The notes under the pieces were generated by a model. The model had not been told where the DNA came from. It ran no database searches and saw only the letters and a list, made by a program, of their open reading frames with translations. Shown here piece after piece: positions 47,175 through 56,972 of a stretch of DNA of 60,827 bases. Position numbers and translations under genes: made by a program. Positions within the stretch are counted from its first letter, which is position 1; each line of letters starts with the position of its first letter. Source of the stretch: Pedosphaera sp. (GTDB taxonomy: Bacteria; Verrucomicrobiota; Verrucomicrobiia; Limisphaerales; AAA164-E04). Location of the stretch: assembly GCA_002686885.1 (NCBI GenBank), contig NYYT01000111.1, forward strand, positions 19,133 to 79,959. Reading direction: 5' to 3'.

Positions 47175-48605
47175 GTGGACATGAACACACCTGGCATCCT
47201 CAACCCAAAGAACGTGCCCGCTTCGAGAAGGGATTTCCTTTATGGCCTGGGAGCCTCTCTGGGGTCCATGGCACTGACCCATCAATGGACTGCAGATGCC
47301 TCCAACGCCTTCCCCTCATCCATGCTTCCCAAGGAGCCCATGCTGCCGGGCAAGGCCAAGGCCTGCATTCTCTTATTCATGGAGGGCGGACCGGGACACA
47401 TGGACACCTTTGATCCCAAACCAGAGTTACAAGCTCGACACACCACTCAGTCTCACCGCACGGCGGGTTTGGCCAATGGCTACCGGTTTTTTGTTGGAAG
47501 CCCGTTTGCATCGCGAAAAGTGGGGCAATCGGGTTTGGACATGAGCGCTCCCTGGGTGCACCTCGCCCATCCAGATGTCGCCGATGAATGGTGTAATTAC
47601 CGTGGGTGTCAGGCCGAATCGCTCAACCATCCCGAGGCCCTGTTCCACATGAACACGGGAAGCCGGCTCGGCGCCGATCCGGCCCTGGGTTCCTGGGTGA
47701 CCTATGGTCTGGGTTCCATCAACCAGAATCTGCCCGGTTACGTGGTCATGACCGAGCTGGCTGCCCCACAGGGTGGAGCGGGCAATTGGAGCCAGGGGTT
47801 TCTACCGGCCACCTATCGAGGCACCCTGCTCAGACCCACCGGTTCACCCATCCTCAATCTGCAGCCACCCGCCCACAAGACCCCCGAGCACGTCCGAAGT
47901 AATCTGGACACCCTGCAATGGCTCAATCAACAGCACGCCAGGGAGCATCCCGATCACAAGCTTCTGGAAAGCAGGATGCAAGACTATGAACTGGCGTTCC
48001 GCATGCAGATGGAAGTTCCTGAAGTCATGACTCTCGATGGAGAGACATCGGCCACCAAGGCGATGTATGGTCTGGACAAGCCGCACACCGCCACTTTTGG
48101 CCGTCAATGTCTCATGGCCCGAAGGTTGGTTGAAAACGGTGTCCGCTTCATCCAGATATTCAGTGGAGGCTGGGACAGTCACGACTACCTGGAACAAGGT
48201 CATCAGTCTCGCATTGCCAGTGTCGACCAACCCATGGCGGCACTCATTCGAGATCTCAAACAGCGTGGCATGCTGGACGAGACCCTTGTGGTATGGACCG
48301 GAGAATTCGGACGCACCCCAGACAACAATCGCCGGGGCGGCGTGACCTCACTGGGACGCGGTCACAACATTGACGCCATGACCATGATGTTGGCCGGTGG
48401 TGGCTTCAGGAAAGGATCCATTGTCGGCGCCACGGACGAAATCGGAGCTGAAGCTACCGAGTGCATCCATCCCATCCGCGACTTTCACGTCACCTTGCTT
48501 CATCTGATGGGACTGCAGGATCATCGACTGACGTATTTCCATGGTGGGCGTTACAAGCAACTCAGCCAGTTTGGCGGCAGCTTGATCCCCGAACTCCTTG
48601 CTTGA
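47175..48605 (+). CDS. DUF1501 domain protein (sulfatase-fold, Tat-exported)
   Basis: GTG 47175 abuts the upstream TGA (47172-47174); an ATG follows at 47181. Twin-arginine leader SRRDFLYGLGASLGSMAL. Contains GGWDSH and EFGRTP blocks. Confidence 0.85.
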   Translation: MDMNTPGILNPKNVPASRRDFLYGLGASLGSMALTHQWTADASNAFPSSMLPKEPMLPGKAKACILLFMEGGPGHMDTFDPKPELQARHTTQSHRTAGLANGYRFFVGSPFASRKVGQSGLDMSAPWVHLAHPDVADEWCNYRGCQAESLNHPEALFHMNTGSRLGADPALGSWVTYGLGSINQNLPGYVVMTELAAPQGGAGNWSQGFLPATYRGTLLRPTGSPILNLQPPAHKTPEHVRSNLDTLQWLNQQHAREHPDHKLLESRMQDYELAFRMQMEVPEVMTLDGETSATKAMYGLDKPHTATFGRQCLMARRLVENGVRFIQIFSGGWDSHDYLEQGHQSRIASVDQPMAALIRDLKQRGMLDETLVVWTGEFGRTPDNNRRGGVTSLGRGHNIDAMTMMLAGGGFRKGSIVGATDEIGAEATECIHPIRDFHVTLLHLMGLQDHRLTYFHGGRYKQLSQFGGSLIPELLA

Positions 48606-48642
48606 GATTGAACCTTGTTGGGGGTTCAGCTAGGCTCACGCC

Positions 48643-49542
48643 ATGAAAAAGCTCCTTTTCCTGCTCCTTGGCACCTGGACTCTTCTCGGAGACGATGTAC
48701 GGGTATTGGTCTGGGATGAGCGCCAACCGGCTCAAAAGCAGGCCTACCCCCATTTTCTCGGCAATACTCTGGCCAGTCATCTGAACTCCCTGCCCGGCAT
48801 CAGCGCCCTGGCGACCTCACTGGATGCGCCCGACAAGGGCATCTCGGAGGGGCGATTGGATGCTGCGGATGTGCTCATTTGGTGGGGACATGTTCGCCAG
48901 GCAGAAATCACTCCCGAGGACTGCCGCCCCATCATCGAGCGCATCAAGGCCGGTCGCCTTGGCTTCATCGCCCTTCATTCAGCCCATTGGGCTACTCCAT
49001 TCATGGAGGCGATGAATGAACGAACCCGAATGGATGCGGCAAAAAAATTCAGTCCCTCTCCCAGCACTCCGAAGGTAGCTTTTGAATGGGTGGCGCCCCC
49101 TGGAAGGATCTCACCTTCCTGGGCATCGCTGGTCACACCGGCTTACCTTGCCTACCAACGGCATGGAGTGGTCACCACCGTACGGGTGGATCTCCCGAAC
49201 TGTTGTTTTCCAGCCTGGCGCAACGATGGGAAACCCAGCCAGATGTTGACGGTGGCAGCGGGCCATCCCATTGCGGCGGGTCTACCCAAACAGTGGACCC
49301 TACCAGCCACCGAAATGTATGCTGAACCATTCCATGTTCCCGAACCGGATCGAGTGATTTTCAAGGAAACCTTTTCTGAGGAAGAATGGTTTCGCAGCGG
49401 ATGCCTGTGGCATCTGGAGAAGGGAAAGATTTTTTACTTTCGTCCCGGGCATGAAACCCATCCCATCTTCACTCAGGAGCTTCCTCTCAAAGTCTTGGAA
49501 AACACCGTTCGTTGGATGAGCAACTCAAAATCAGCCAACTAA
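48643..49542 (+). CDS. Secreted ThuA-domain protein
   Basis: 299-aa ORF with a signal peptide. VRVLVWDERQP...DVLIWWGHVRQAEI...GRLGFIALHSAHW fits the ThuA (trehalose utilisation) family pattern. Confidence 0.7.
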   Translation: MKKLLFLLLGTWTLLGDDVRVLVWDERQPAQKQAYPHFLGNTLASHLNSLPGISALATSLDAPDKGISEGRLDAADVLIWWGHVRQAEITPEDCRPIIERIKAGRLGFIALHSAHWATPFMEAMNERTRMDAAKKFSPSPSTPKVAFEWVAPPGRISPSWASLVTPAYLAYQRHGVVTTVRVDLPNCCFPAWRNDGKPSQMLTVAAGHPIAAGLPKQWTLPATEMYAEPFHVPEPDRVIFKETFSEEEWFRSGCLWHLEKGKIFYFRPGHETHPIFTQELPLKVLENTVRWMSNSKSAN

Positions 49543-49563
49543 CCGCCAGCCTGGGAAGTCTCT

Positions 49564-49589
49564 AAAAAAGGCCAACCCGGAAGGGCTGG
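49564..49589 (-). terminator. Putative Rho-independent terminator of the pseudopilin gene
   Basis: The minus strand reads CCAGCCC-TTCC-GGGTTGG-CC-TTTTTT. This is a 7-bp stem with one G.U pair that would be an A.C mismatch on the plus strand. Confidence 0.5.
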
Positions 49590-49616
49590 ACTTTCGACTA
49601 GAGGGCAGTCACTGAT

Positions 49617-50387
49617 TCAGCGCTCGTTGGGTGTGATGCGAGTGATCGCATTGGGATCTTTTTGATCCCGAAACAAGTTGACCACCACTTCCTCGGACCG
49701 GAGCAGATCCGCATGCCCATCGAGAAACACCCATTGGGAACCCTGACCATGGCGATTTTTGGCAACACGGCGTTCCTTGTTGAGCCGACCATTGCGCTCG
49801 TCATAAGGCGTTTGCGTGGGAGCCCAGACATCGTTGAGATTGTCGACCGCGTCGCGAAAGCCCGTCACGATGGGACGCCATGAACCATCCTCGTTGTCTC
49901 CGATGTGCACGGAATTGCTGGGCTCCTGAAAGGCGGTTATTTTGGAAGGGCCGATTTGCTCACTCCCGACTCGATCGGTGATGCTCGCAAACTTCCAGGC
50001 ATTGATGACATAGGTAATCACCTGGCGTTTCTTGGGATCGCGATTGGGATAGGCACCGCATTTGTAGATGCGAATGCGACTGTAATCCGATTCCGTGCCT
50101 CCCTCCGGCATGTAGGGCATATAGCAGAGAAACCACGGGTATCCATTCCCACGCGGAATAAAATCATTGTTCTCATCCGCATAAAGCAACATGGCCAAAC
50201 CCGTTTGTTTGAGATTATTCAGACAGGCAATACCCTTGGCCTTCGCCTTGGCCTTTCCAAGTGCAGGAAGCAGCATGCCGGCAAGGATGGCAATAATGGC
50301 GATGACCACAAGGAGTTCGATCAAGGTAAAGCCCTTGATACGCCGAGAACGGGATAAGTTGGGAATTCGGTATTTGAACAAGTTCAT
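49617..50387 (-). CDS. Prepilin-type N-terminal cleavage/methylation protein with H-X9-DG motif (type II secretion pseudopilin-like)
   Basis: Leader RRIKG|[25 protein letters not shown]-terminal [13 protein letters not shown] gives exactly H-X9-DG. Confidence 0.85.
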   Translation of the reverse strand: MNLFKYRIPNLSRSRRIKGFTLIELLVVIAIIAILAGMLLPALGKAKAKAKGIACLNNLKQTGLAMLLYADENNDFIPRGNGYPWFLCYMPYMPEGGTESDYSRIRIYKCGAYPNRDPKKRQVITYVINAWKFASITDRVGSEQIGPSKITAFQEPSNSVHIGDNEDGSWRPIVTGFRDAVDNLNDVWAPTQTPYDERNGRLNKERRVAKNRHGQGSQWVFLDGHADLLRSEEVVVNLFRDQKDPNAITRITPNER

Positions 50388-50555
50388 AGAAGGTTCCTTT
50401 TTAAATTTGGGTACAGGACACCCCTGTAAGGAGTGGGTTATTCACTGGGAATGAATACCTTGTATCCAAGGCGACATCCTTTGGACAGAAAAAAAAGGAA
50501 CCTTTTTCTGCCCCCCATGTCCTGAAGGGGGCCCCGTCCCTGCCGCAAGTCAGCG

Positions 50556-53500
50556 TCAGGGAATCACCGAAGATTCCATTTTGTAGAAAGTTGCCGGCCA
50601 TTCGAGATATTCGGACAGATCCCAACGAAAGGTTTCAGCGACTTCCTCAGTCCGGGCATTCCACAAAGGCGCCCACTGCTGGAGATCGGTAGACAATGAA
50701 ATAACGGCCTCCCGACCTTCGGCAAGATGCAGAACTAGATGTGGAGTCGGCATCATCTCGATCGTCAAGACGGCGGGTACGTCAACCATCCCTCCATCCT
50801 GAACAGAAGCCAGAACAGGAAATCTCAAGGTGGAGGCACCATCGGAAACCAGCAGCGAAAGCTCATAGTCGCCGGGCTGATCAAAGCGCACGCGCGTCGG
50901 AAAGAGTTGAGGGTTTTCAAACAGGACTTCGCCCGGACCCTGGACCTCGTCCCAGGCAAAGCCCACGAGACCCGGAGTGACAGGAAGGCCGTCGTCACTC
51001 CAGGAACCATCCAAAAGGACCCATTCCCCTACTGCACCTTGAACGTTCTGAGCGATCGATATCTCAGGAGCCTGATTGCCGGGTGCGATTTCCCCATCCA
51101 GTTTCAGGTCAAAACTGGTATCACTGCTGGTGGCATTGGCCTGATGCAACTCAACGGCGATCACATTTTCGCGACTCAGTACCACCCCCTCCAGACTGGC
51201 ATCAAAAAAGGTCGTTTCATCAGCGCCCCCTACAGCAGTCAGAGCAAATGTATTGAAGGTGATGGTTCCGTCAGGGAGATTATCGCGGAAGACCTCCTTT
51301 CCATTGACATACACCACCACCCCATCATCTCGAACGACCGCCAATTGCAAGGACTTGACCGACTGGGGATCGGCAAGACTGAAGGCGTGTCTGAAATAAT
51401 AGGTTCGACGTTTATTGGAAGCGTTGCCTCCATAATCCAGGACAGTGGTTTCATCACCGTCCCCATACCCAAAGGAAGCCTTCCCCTGGGCCCATTGGCT
51501 GTCATCAAAACCGACGTCCTTCCAATTGGATGCGGGAGCATTGCCCCGATCCAAATAGCGCCAGGTCGCCCCCGCTTCAATGACTGCCCCCGTGCCGAAG
51601 GGTCGCTCTACATGGATTTCGAGCGAATCGGTTGCCTCGAGCTCGCCATCTGATGCGGTGAGCGCCACTTTCCAGTCTCCGGCCCCTGGAATCCACACCT
51701 CGGTCTTCAGGGCATCGGGTGATGCAAAATAAAGTTGCCCCGGCCCTTCTAACTGGACCCAACGCAAGCTCGGTTCCAGGGAAGTCTCAGGCAGGCCATC
51801 GTCCCAAACGTCTCCTTCCAGCAGAATCATCCTGGGAAACTGCTCCGCACTCAGAGACTGCGATAGGCCGGCCTCGATCACGGGAGAGCGATTGCCATCA
51901 TTGTCAACACCTGGGGAAGGTTGCCCGAAGCTCGATCGCCAATGAATGGGATCATTGCCATAGGAGGCCGATCGAATTTTCTCCAAAGAGGCACCCGGCA
52001 CAGCCTGAAGGTCTGGCCAGGGAGCCTGGTCGTCATAGCGGACCGCATCAACCAGAATCATGGGCACCATCGGACCAGAGGTCGTTTCTTCCGGATCGTC
52101 CGGGCGTAAGAGCTGGATCTTCTCCCCTCCGAATTGTAGCTGACCCTCATAGGGACCCAACACCCTGACGGAATCCGGGACGGCAAAGGATTGACGAAAT
52201 TGCGATTCATCCACCGAGGCCACTATCAGCAATTCTCCCGCTGCCAATCGAAGACCCGCCGGCATCGAAAAGCCGATACCCTCCACCCGCCAGGTATTGG
52301 CGGGGTTTGCCGGATCAAACAAAGAAATCTCGCGTCCTGAAATATTTTTGAGCTCGATATAGGCAGGATCTCCGGCTTGAGGTCGACTGTGGATTTCATT
52401 GATCACCACGGGTCCCACCCGGGGGGCCGTATTTTCAGCCCCCAGAGTCAAGGTCTGTTGAGCCACGTAATCCACCTCTCCCTGGCTATTGATGTGTCTT
52501 CCCAACGACACGCCGTTGGCCGTCGGCCCAAAGTCAAAACCCTGACTGTAGCCGGTCAATTGTCCGGAGGCATCCGCCGAAAAAAGGTAGGCGGATTCTC
52601 CCAGCGAACTGAAGGTGAAACTCCCTTCGGAACCTGGCATGGGATGGAACTCTGATTCACTCAGGACCCAATAAGATTTCCCGGGAATGACACTCCCGGA
52701 GGGCAATCGATATTTCCCAGGTTTGGATCGATCATCGGTTACATACCAACCACTCACATCCACCGGCTGGTCCAACGGGTTGAACAACTCGATGGCATCC
52801 ATCAAGGGCAAATCGGTGTGGGCGAGCAATTCCGTGATCACAACCGGAGGGATTTCCTGCATGAAATCATCCCGTCCCGGGGTCCCTCCCCGAAGGCTGG
52901 AGGCCCGCCAGCGCACCACCTCGTCCTGGGACTCCATGGAGAGGGTTTGAAGCGGCACCAATGAGAAACCTTCTCCATCCGCCAGAATGGGCCATGGCTC
53001 TTCATCTCGATAGCGGACCTGGGTCAAGGGGGCTCCCGAAGCATGCACCAGCACCACATCCTCACCACCATTGTTCAATCGCCCTCCATAAACACCCGTT
53101 ACAGGGACTCCGGGGTAGCGCGAGGCAAAAGCCTCGGCATCCTGCACCAAAACCGCAAAGGCACCCGGGGCCAGTTCCACTCCATCATCGAACGTATAAT
53201 CAATCCCTTGAATAAAATGAATGCCACCCATTGCCATTACTTGATTGGAGACATTCTTAAGTTCAATGAACTCAAAAACATCTCCATCCACCCCATCTTC
53301 TCCAGAAGGGTGATACATGATTTCACTGATCATCAAATCGGTGAAACCACGATCGATGACAAAGGCCGCTTCGGCCAATGCGCTCCATTGCCCTGAGCGA
53401 AGGCCTCGAGCTTTGACCCGAGCATGCTCCGTAAGCCGGACACCCTGCTGGTAACTCCTGGCAGAAGGAGACCGCATGCCTCCCAACAGGCGAGGATCAC

Positions 53501-55778
53501 TCCCATCGAGGGTGTACACGATTTCGGTAGCGTTGCCACCGTCCATCCGAAGTTCGAAACCGTCAGGGACCACTCCCCCAAATTGATTGAAAACGGGAGC
53601 CTCGGTATCAGGGTAAAGATTCCGCGACTTGAGTTGATTGCGAAGAATCCTGGAACGGCGCGCGATAAAACTGTTGAGCACGGTGTTAATGGAAGAAACC
53701 CACTCTCTGTCACGAGTAAAAGGCCGGGCGCGCTTGGAATCTCCCCATCGTGCAGATTCAGCGACCACGGCGCGATCAATCTGATCTTTGCGTCTCAGAA
53801 ATAACTCGGTGGCCTTTTCAGTCGTCAGGGCACCATCGTTGAAAAGATGCCGATGGATACGGTCTCCTATCAGGAGGGTAAACTCCTCATTGGCCTGCAA
53901 GCGCTGCCAGAGATACTGAGGGTTGAAATAGGTAAAGGACCTGCCCGCATTGTAGGGCCCAAGTCGGTTTTCATTCACGTTGAGCAGGGTGTGTTCCGCA
54001 TCGTGGACAAAATGTTGAAAGCCCATTTCTCCCAAACGGCTTCTCACCGAGTAAAAGTTGTTTGGACGATTATTACCCAGAAAATTCGAGATCGGAGCAT
54101 CCAGATTGCCCCCGTAGAGGATGACCAGCATGTAATCGATCAGATTGACAGGATCCACCAGCACCGGGTAATCGGGATTGGGCGTACCATCCGGGTTATT
54201 CCCCAGGACCTTTTGATACGATTCCATGCTTTCAAAACCAGTACGTGAGGCGTTGAAAAGCTCTCGCCAGGCGCGGGTATTCCCATCGGTTGCATTGATG
54301 GTGTAAGGGCCGGCCTCGACCTTGATGACGTCGTAGTCCTCTTTCTGGCCGCCATAGTAGGAAGCCGCATAGGAAGCCTCGGGTCGTTCGACCGTATTGT
54401 AGAGCCCCCAGTACATGCCGTTGATGTAAAGGTGCACATAATCGCCTCGTTCCGCGTGATGCCCCATGGCCAACTGGACGTCGCGACTGAAGACGTCCCT
54501 GAGGAAGATCCCTCGGGAATCTCCTTGAAAGCTCCAGGAGTAGTTTTGGAAAGTCCGCAAATCGAAACCGTCAAAGGACTGGGTAGCGTCGGGTCCAAAA
54601 ACGGGGTAATTTAATTTTCCCGCACCATATTCATTCCTGAAAAACAAACGGAGTGCATGCTTGGGATTGCTGGTGCTGCGGCTGAAACCGCCGCGCACGC
54701 GAATGCCGGCGTTGATTTGAAACCCCTTTTCACCCCCAGGATGAATCAATTCCACCGAGCAGGGTCTCTCCCAGTTCCTCCCATCCTGCCCGGGGTTGGA
54801 GTAAATCCCCGAGCTTCCGAAGAAATCATCGAGGTTCATGACAATCGAATAGCTCGGAAGGGTCTGCATGTCATCGATGATGGTGTCACGATAAGCTGGA
54901 TCATCGACCACGGCGGGATCCATGCCATAATCCACCGTATTGGATCCCCAGCGGGTGGGCCAACCGGTCGGGGCCCGGCCATCAGAGGCCTGCCGAATGA
55001 CATCCTGGAGGAATAGGTAGGTCTGTGTATCGACGTTGGAAGGTTCAAATCCGTCTCGGTAGGCAATGGCTCGCAGGGTCGTTGTCTGATCGATGATAAT
55101 GGGACGGGTATATACATTGCCCCGCTGAGAGGTCGGCATCGTACCATCGGTCGTGTAACGAATGGAGGCGCCCTCGGTTTGACTGGAGATGATCAGGGAA
55201 AACGGCTCCGTGTAGAAACCCCGATCGATGCTGAATTGCGTATCGGCCACAAATCCCAGGACGCCGCTAGCGTTGGCTTGACCGGGTGTGGCTTGCAGGA
55301 AAAACCGGTTTTGACCGCTTTCATCCAGACCATAGGAAACGTCTCTGCGCTGTTTGGGATAATCCTCATAAGCACTGACCAAGGTTTGGCCGTCGGAATA
55401 CCAAAGCCAGAGGGATCCACCATCAGCGTCTAATCTAAAATTGGTATGCAAGGGAAGTGTAGGATCCACGCGATCCTTGCCCGAAGCCCAAACAAACATT
55501 CGCTGCCCCGATGACAGGGTGATGGCGGGAAAGACCCATTGTCTGGGATCTTCGAGATTCACCGAAAGCGAAAAGCCCTCAAGTGAGATGGATTGATTCC
55601 CTCGATTCCAGATCTCCACCCAATCCGAACTCTCTCCATCTTCGTCCACCGAGCTGTCTCCATTACTGGCCATCCATTCCGAAATCAGGATCTGACCCTG
55701 CAGGCTCCCCATGGAAAGGCCCAGCCACAGCAGTAAGGTTGTTAGCCCAGAAAGACGGTATCTTTGGAGATCTTGCAT
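50556..55778 (-). CDS. Giant secreted CotH-kinase-family protein with four lamin-tail domains and Ig/PKD-like and CBM-like modules
   Basis: 1740-aa ORF with a signal peptide. Four LTD signatures (ISEWMASN..DWVEIWN; ISEIMYHP..EFIELKN; ITELLAHT..AIELFN; INEIHSRP..AYIELKN). CotH-like core (KHALRLFFRNEYG, LRDVFSRDV, YVHLYINGMYWGLYN). Chitobiase-C-like segments (ASIRYTTDGTMPT, EIVYTLDGSDP). Confidence 0.75.
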   Translation of the reverse strand: MQDLQRYRLSGLTTLLLWLGLSMGSLQGQILISEWMASNGDSSVDEDGESSDWVEIWNRGNQSISLEGFSLSVNLEDPRQWVFPAITLSSGQRMFVWASGKDRVDPTLPLHTNFRLDADGGSLWLWYSDGQTLVSAYEDYPKQRRDVSYGLDESGQNRFFLQATPGQANASGVLGFVADTQFSIDRGFYTEPFSLIISSQTEGASIRYTTDGTMPTSQRGNVYTRPIIIDQTTTLRAIAYRDGFEPSNVDTQTYLFLQDVIRQASDGRAPTGWPTRWGSNTVDYGMDPAVVDDPAYRDTIIDDMQTLPSYSIVMNLDDFFGSSGIYSNPGQDGRNWERPCSVELIHPGGEKGFQINAGIRVRGGFSRSTSNPKHALRLFFRNEYGAGKLNYPVFGPDATQSFDGFDLRTFQNYSWSFQGDSRGIFLRDVFSRDVQLAMGHHAERGDYVHLYINGMYWGLYNTVERPEASYAASYYGGQKEDYDVIKVEAGPYTINATDGNTRAWRELFNASRTGFESMESYQKVLGNNPDGTPNPDYPVLVDPVNLIDYMLVILYGGNLDAPISNFLGNNRPNNFYSVRSRLGEMGFQHFVHDAEHTLLNVNENRLGPYNAGRSFTYFNPQYLWQRLQANEEFTLLIGDRIHRHLFNDGALTTEKATELFLRRKDQIDRAVVAESARWGDSKRARPFTRDREWVSSINTVLNSFIARRSRILRNQLKSRNLYPDTEAPVFNQFGGVVPDGFELRMDGGNATEIVYTLDGSDPRLLGGMRSPSARSYQQGVRLTEHARVKARGLRSGQWSALAEAAFVIDRGFTDLMISEIMYHPSGEDGVDGDVFEFIELKNVSNQVMAMGGIHFIQGIDYTFDDGVELAPGAFAVLVQDAEAFASRYPGVPVTGVYGGRLNNGGEDVVLVHASGAPLTQVRYRDEEPWPILADGEGFSLVPLQTLSMESQDEVVRWRASSLRGGTPGRDDFMQEIPPVVITELLAHTDLPLMDAIELFNPLDQPVDVSGWYVTDDRSKPGKYRLPSGSVIPGKSYWVLSESEFHPMPGSEGSFTFSSLGESAYLFSADASGQLTGYSQGFDFGPTANGVSLGRHINSQGEVDYVAQQTLTLGAENTAPRVGPVVINEIHSRPQAGDPAYIELKNISGREISLFDPANPANTWRVEGIGFSMPAGLRLAAGELLIVASVDESQFRQSFAVPDSVRVLGPYEGQLQFGGEKIQLLRPDDPEETTSGPMVPMILVDAVRYDDQAPWPDLQAVPGASLEKIRSASYGNDPIHWRSSFGQPSPGVDNDGNRSPVIEAGLSQSLSAEQFPRMILLEGDVWDDGLPETSLEPSLRWVQLEGPGQLYFASPDALKTEVWIPGAGDWKVALTASDGELEATDSLEIHVERPFGTGAVIEAGATWRYLDRGNAPASNWKDVGFDDSQWAQGKASFGYGDGDETTVLDYGGNASNKRRTYYFRHAFSLADPQSVKSLQLAVVRDDGVVVYVNGKEVFRDNLPDGTITFNTFALTAVGGADETTFFDASLEGVVLSRENVIAVELHQANATSSDTSFDLKLDGEIAPGNQAPEISIAQNVQGAVGEWVLLDGSWSDDGLPVTPGLVGFAWDEVQGPGEVLFENPQLFPTRVRFDQPGDYELSLLVSDGASTLRFPVLASVQDGGMVDVPAVLTIEMMPTPHLVLHLAEGREAVISLSTDLQQWAPLWNARTEEVAETFRWDLSEYLEWPATFYKMESSVIP

Positions 55779-55891
55779 GAATCAATCTTAGCAATAAAAA
55801 TGCCAATTCCACCCAAGAGATAAACCTTCCGCTCATGGGTGGATCGCATGGCAAACCATTGAACCACGCATGGGCATGCCTTGCCTAGGGG

Positions 55892-56857
55892 TCAGGCTGA
55901 GGCAGGCCGAAGGGCCGCCGCCAAGATGGTCTGAAAAAAAGGTGGGTCCTCTTCCTTGGCAACCGTTTCGATATCAATGGATTCAAAGCCGGTTCCCTCC
56001 AACCACTGGACCAGCTCACTTTCATCGAAGCCGAGCCAGAGATCGCCATACAGGGTGCGTGCGTCCGAGAAATCATGCTTCAAGAGATCCAGAATCAGTA
56101 GCCTGCCCCCCGGTCTGAGGATACGATAGGCCGAAGCGATGGCGCGCGAGGGATCGTCGGCATGATGCAGGGCCTGGCTGAGAATAGCCACATCCACGGA
56201 CGCGTCGTCCAAGGGAGGATCCTCCAGATTGCCACATCGGAAATACAGGTGGGGCAATCCGTTTTCCTGAGCCTTCCGCTTTCCATACTCGACCATGCTC
56301 GGACTGTTGTCGACGGCGATCACTGACTTCGCATTCAGAGCCAGCAGCTCTGCCAGAAGCCCCTCACCAGAACCCAAATCGGCAATATCCAGAGCCGGCA
56401 TCATGCGCAGCAGCATCTGGCCAAAAGCCTGCCAACTGCGACCCGGACCGTAGCGACGATCAAAGCGTCCGGCGACCTGATTAAAGAACAGCTTCGCTTG
56501 ATTTTGACGTCGATCGAGGATGCGCCCCAGGTTGATGCTATCTGCTTGAAAATGCTCCAGAGTATGTCCCGCTTTGAGCGCCAGCTGCAGGACCTGGGTA
56601 TCCGGAGCCTGGGAGCCTTCACAAAGCCCATAGTAGACCCGTTTGCCATCCCTTCGGGATTGAACGAAGCCCTCTTTTTGAAGCTGTGCGAGATGCGTAC
56701 TGATTCTCGATTGCCCCATGTGGGTGACTTCCTGAATCTCGTTGACGGAAAGTTCATCCTTCTCGAGTAAGGCAATGAGTCTCAACCGGGTAGGATCGGC
56801 AATGAGTCTCAAGGAAGCAAGCAGGTCGGTTTTCATGGGCTGATGGGCGACAACCAT
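55892..56857 (-). CDS. ArsR-family HTH fused to a SAM-methyltransferase-like domain (SahR-like regulator)
   Basis: HTH LRLIADPTRLRLIALLEKDELSVNEIQEVTHMGQSRISTHLAQLQKEG, then methyltransferase motif I DIADLGSGEGLL and PGGRLLILD. Possible starts are TTG 56881, ATG 56857 and ATG 56836. Confidence 0.8.
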   Translation of the reverse strand: MVVAHQPMKTDLLASLRLIADPTRLRLIALLEKDELSVNEIQEVTHMGQSRISTHLAQLQKEGFVQSRRDGKRVYYGLCEGSQAPDTQVLQLALKAGHTLEHFQADSINLGRILDRRQNQAKLFFNQVAGRFDRRYGPGRSWQAFGQMLLRMMPALDIADLGSGEGLLAELLALNAKSVIAVDNSPSMVEYGKRKAQENGLPHLYFRCGNLEDPPLDDASVDVAILSQALHHADDPSRAIASAYRILRPGGRLLILDLLKHDFSDARTLYGDLWLGFDESELVQWLEGTGFESIDIETVAKEEDPPFFQTILAAALRPASA

Positions 56858-56887
56858 GCTCTCCTCTGACTGGGAGAGCAATAATCC

Positions 56888-56935
56888 ATTGACGGAAACA
56901 AAATTGGTAATATCATCTAATCAAGATACGTCAAT
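56888..56935. promoter_or_regulatory. Inverted repeat ATTGACG-N34-CGTCAAT in the divergent regulator/metK promoter region
   Basis: ATTGACG at 56888-56894 and its exact reverse complement CGTCAAT at 56929-56935. They flank an AT-rich imperfect dyad TTGGTAATATCATCTAATCAA. An operator role is inferred only. Confidence 0.3.
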
Positions 56936-56972
56936 ATGTTAATTGGCAACTCGAATCCATACACACCCCTTT

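Noticed and set aside
50486-50510. Hairpin CAGAAAAAAAAGG-AA-CCTTTTTCTG as terminator of the CotH gene
   Set aside because: The stem is almost entirely A/T, needs slippage of three A residues and has a tiny loop. It is too weak to call as a feature, so it is only mentioned as a caveat for operon structure.
56882-56972. Possible SAM riboswitch upstream of metK
   Set aside because: The leader is at most ~90 nt and AT-rich. I could not see the GC-rich paired stems or pseudoknot signatures expected of known SAM riboswitch classes. A protein regulator (SahR-like) is encoded next door.
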